From: Eutreptiella sp. 'Long Island Sound 2002'
Taxonomy: Eukaryota > Protista > Euglenida
Length of the DNA: 64,000 nucleotides
Direction: 5' to 3'
Assembly (NCBI GenBank): GCA_964036045.1
Contig: OZ038378.1
Span: forward strand, 140,368,001 to 140,432,000
In this document: one piece after another, positions 60,875 to 64,000 of the stretch
Layout of the letters: each line of letters starts with the position of its first letter
How positions within the stretch are numbered: position 1 is the stretch's first letter
The notes under the pieces: model-generated
What the model was told of the DNA's origin: nothing
What the model saw: the letters and a program-made list of their open reading frames with translations, nothing else
The model's database searches: none
Program-made: the position numbers and the translations under genes

Positions 60875-61107
60875 CCTCCTCTCTTCTAATACATCCCTGG
60901 CGGTGCGTGACCAGGAGGTGCAGTCGGGCACCACTTTTTTCCACGTGCTATTGTCACCGCCCTCGAAGGTGGTGTGCTGCGCGTACCATCCAGCGCTGCC
61001 TCGTCCGGGCACACCTTTTGGATCCCTTGCGGCCATTGGCGCAGGGAATGGCCACACAAACCGTTGACATCACCCCACAACCCCGTCACCCTGCATCCGT
61101 GGGACAG

Positions 61108-61237
61108 GAATCGGTCCGTGTGGAGGCGGTTTCGGCCATGAAGGCCATCACTGACTCCCTCAGCAAAGAGGACCAGTTGGAACTCCTCAGCACCGTGCAC
61201 TCAGCCATTATGGTATCGGCGACCTCCGTGGGCGTAG
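61108..61237 (+). CDS. GCN1: GCN1 exon 16 in window (3' border uncertain; gene continues beyond the window)
   Basis: gacag acceptor. ESVRVEAVSAMKAITDSLSKEDQLELLSTVHSAIM matches VLEESWDALNAITKKLDAGNQLALIEELHKEI. Three GT donors are possible (after 61212, 61233 or 61237). Confidence 0.82.
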
Positions 61238-62299
61238 GTGTGCGTGCACGACAGTGCCACCAGAGCGGGCAGGACATTCCCAATGGCTGGCCTCCAGTTG
61301 CCCTCAGCAGAAACATTAGCGGGATGTAAACCGGGAGGGGTAACACAGCCAAACTGGGCAGACTTCAGATAAATGGGGGTGAAGCGGATGTTTTCGCATT
61401 CTGCCCGCTTTCCAACAGAGAGAGACTCCGAAAAAAAGAACACAAACCAAACACAGAGTGATGGGCCCATTTTATGGATCCGGGTGCTTCAAACACATTG
61501 CAGGGCATGAGGCCTATTTCTGGGGACCACAGGCAGCCATGCTGGCGCATGCTGAGGGGTGTTTCCAACGATAGGTGTCAAACCTACAGTGCGAATTCTT
61601 GACCATGGGGTCCTTAGGAGCGGTGGGAGGCCATGGCTTTACTCCTGGCACTGCTGGGTGGATGGGGCCACGAGTGCAGTGCTCCACCCTCGTGGGAGGA
61701 TTACTGACGGCACTTGGAGGGTACCAACGGCAGTTAAACGGGAAGCGGTGGTTTTTGAGCGCCCTGTGTCTACCCACGATCCACGGGTGGCACTGGCAGC
61801 TGGCTGTTGAAGCCCCGACCTCTGCAGAGACTCCCTGAACTGGGTCGCAAAGCCTGCCAACCTCTGCCCCGGTCCCCTGCCTCTCGCATTCAATTTGGCA
61901 GAAGCCATGTACAAACAGTAACAATACTACAAGGCAATGGGACGACGCAGCAGGGGCAGGGGCTGTGCAGTGCTGGTGGTGTGGTGGTTGTGGTGGTGTA
62001 ATGTGCGGGATCTACCCCTGTGTTGCCCGTGTTTGCGGTCGGTGGTGCAGGGCGGGGACTGTTTATCTCCTCACGTGGGCTTGGGCAAGGCACCACAGGG
62101 TTGGCCTATGTGCTCACCCATTTGTTCCGCATTTGAATCTGCTCTGCTCTTGTCTCATGTTCTCCTCATTTTTTTTCATGGGCATTCTTGGATGGAACTT
62201 CCATTTCTTTAATTTTGACAGGCATAGCCTACAATGGTGTATGGAAGTAGCACATCACGGCACGGTAGATTTAGAAACAATGTCAAACAGTGGTGCCTC

Positions 62300-62640
62300 A
62301 GAGCATTGGGTGATGTGGATTTGGCAGTGGTGCCTTGACATACCTGAGTAGGTGATACAATGGTGCGTCATAGCAATTGCGGATGAGGAGTTGGTGATGA
62401 AGTAGTGGTATGTTCAGGTTGTCGTGTCCTTTATCTACATGGCCCCTCGAAGTGCGGTCATCACCGAAGACCACTTCTGGAAAAGGCAGGGTAGGATATA
62501 GCCGCAGCGGATCCACCTACAACGCGGCTAGGCTTACCAGGGAGAGGCCGCACCGCAAGACGCCACCATTGAATTTGATGTGCACGGTCCCCGCCGCCCC
62601 AAAAACACCAACACCCATGCTATCCCATGGTGCCTCTCCG
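62300..62640 (-). mobile_element. LINE RT fragment
   Basis: The minus strand reads KFNGGVLRCGLS...VVFGDD, a degenerate G(V/I).QG.PLS and (Y/F).DD pair. Confidence 0.45.
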
Positions 62641-62999
62641 TCCTTAGTGGGGTTGGGGCCCCGTCAGCTCAAAGAGAAAAACCAGATAAACGGCTGTAGA
62701 CCATTGTCATGGTGAGCAAAGGGACGCCTGGGCACACCAAGGACAATGCGCCACAATGTACCCTTCATGAACGGGGGTTAAGTGGCTGTTTGAATGGCGT
62801 GTGAATTTCACGTGAATTTGACCCATTTTTCGTGTTTTTTTTTTTGAGAAAACACTACATTTTGGCTTCAAAATGACGTATCTGATGGGGCAGACCTCAG
62901 GCCCCATTTTCAGTCCCCATGATTCAGTGAAAGTCCCGCCCCAAACGGACCCATGAGGCCCAAACGGCGCCCGAAAAAAATCCCGGCAACATTTTACGG

Positions 63000-63222
63000 T
63001 ACCTTTGGGCCTGAATTTGCGAAATTCGTGTGAATTTGGCAGATTCGTACGAATTTCGTGCGAATGTTGCGCGCGCTGCCTGCGAATTTCACCAGAATCT
63101 CCAAATTCGTACGAAATTCGTACGAATTTCGAAAAATTCCAAATTTCAGCAAAAACTCACCCGAATTCGCGTGAAATTCGTGCATGCGTGAATTTGGTAA
63201 ATTCGTGTTGCGTTCACGGTGA
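63000..63222. repeat. GAATTTCGTACGAAATTC-type palindromic repeat array, probably a DNA transposon subterminal region
   Basis: About ten gaatt / aattcgtacgaa units, ending ttgcgttcacggtg. Confidence 0.6.
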
Positions 63223-63299
63223 TTGAGCCGAATATTCGCAACCTACCAACAAGGTAAAACATCAAATTTCAAGACATTTCTAGCGACAATGTTTTGGCG

Positions 63300-64000
63300 A
63301 AGATAGCACGAGAAACGCACACTATGGCGCCAAGTTACGAGCAAAACACAACAAAAAGTTGTCAAATTCACACTACCGTGAATCTCCCATTCAAACGGCC
63401 GCTTCACGCAGGGTACAAACATCAAGCGATTTAGGACATTGCGGCCATCGAGCGCAGGTTTGCAACCAATACCGGACATACACGATTGGGACGCCAAAGC
63501 CGAGCAAGCCTTCCGCCCCATACAAGACACATGTGGGCACATGCTAGGTGATGCCTATACACCGAAGGAGGGCAAGGTGCGCTTTCACCTAGGAACGCTA
63601 CAACCATTTAGCTCACAGCGGCATCGCTTCAAACAAAGAATTATTGACAGACAAAATGTACACCATGCCTCTATGCATGCACAAATGATGCAGGGGTGCA
63701 ACCACCACACCACAACACACAACACGCAAAAGCGAGCCTCCAATTTGTGCAACTTCACCGTGGGTGGCTCACCCATGATACGAAGGTCACCGGCAATCAC
63801 CAACCCACCTTCCTCTCACGACATAGGAACCTGAAAAGAATACCACCCGCCTGGCTAAAATCGCAACCCTCCGGGATCATACACCACATGAAACCCCTTC
63901 AACTTCGCACAATTGGCCGCGCCTCCATGGAACGTTCCAACAATTGTGGCAATTGGCCTCCAAAGTGAGGTCTAGCCCCAGAGGATGGTGGCCATGAGAG
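63300..64000 (+). mobile_element. Probable LINE fragment, running off the window
   Basis: Broken protein-like frames (PIPDIHDWDAKAEQAFRPIQD...) in a C/A-rich composition like the other LINE remnants; no catalytic motif seen. Confidence 0.35.

Larger units (their letters stand above)
58138..60899 (+). mobile_element. Short hAT-like MITE split by a 2.56-kb insertion
   Basis: TIRs tagggatgtattagaa (58138-58153) / ttctaatacatccctg (60884-60899); flanks gtggtgtg / gcggtgcg differ only by two CpG-type transitions. Confidence 0.8.

Overview
Eukaryotic genomic DNA. The only host gene I can support is an internal part of a GCN1 (HEAT-repeat activator of the GCN2 kinase) on the + strand. I reconstructed 16 exons by hand between 9871 and about 61237. 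They join in frame into about 1,080 codons (about 3.2 kb coding over about 51 kb). Fourteen introns are GT-AG and one is probably GC-AG; they range from 0.5 to 14.7 kb. The gene is open at both ends of the window. The introns are packed with nested transposable elements: hAT-like non-autonomous elements with visible target-site duplications (TSDs), two CGGBP1-like hAT transposase remnants, LINE remnants (APE, RT, RNase H), a possible Penelope-like RT remnant, a tRNA-derived SINE and several minisatellites. Three observations stand out. (1) A 1,176-bp module bounded by CCCTAA telomere-type repeats and 13-bp inverted repeats sits in tandem inside a hAT-like carrier. (2) An unclassified multi-ORF element of about 4.7 kb is punctuated by nine copies of a 20-bp palindrome. 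(3) Two transposon ends share one TSD but point the same way, implying an inversion. The repeat style, CCCTAA repeats and divergent GCN1 would fit a euglenid-like protist, but this is an unverified impression. All protein family calls are by-eye motif recognition; no search was run.
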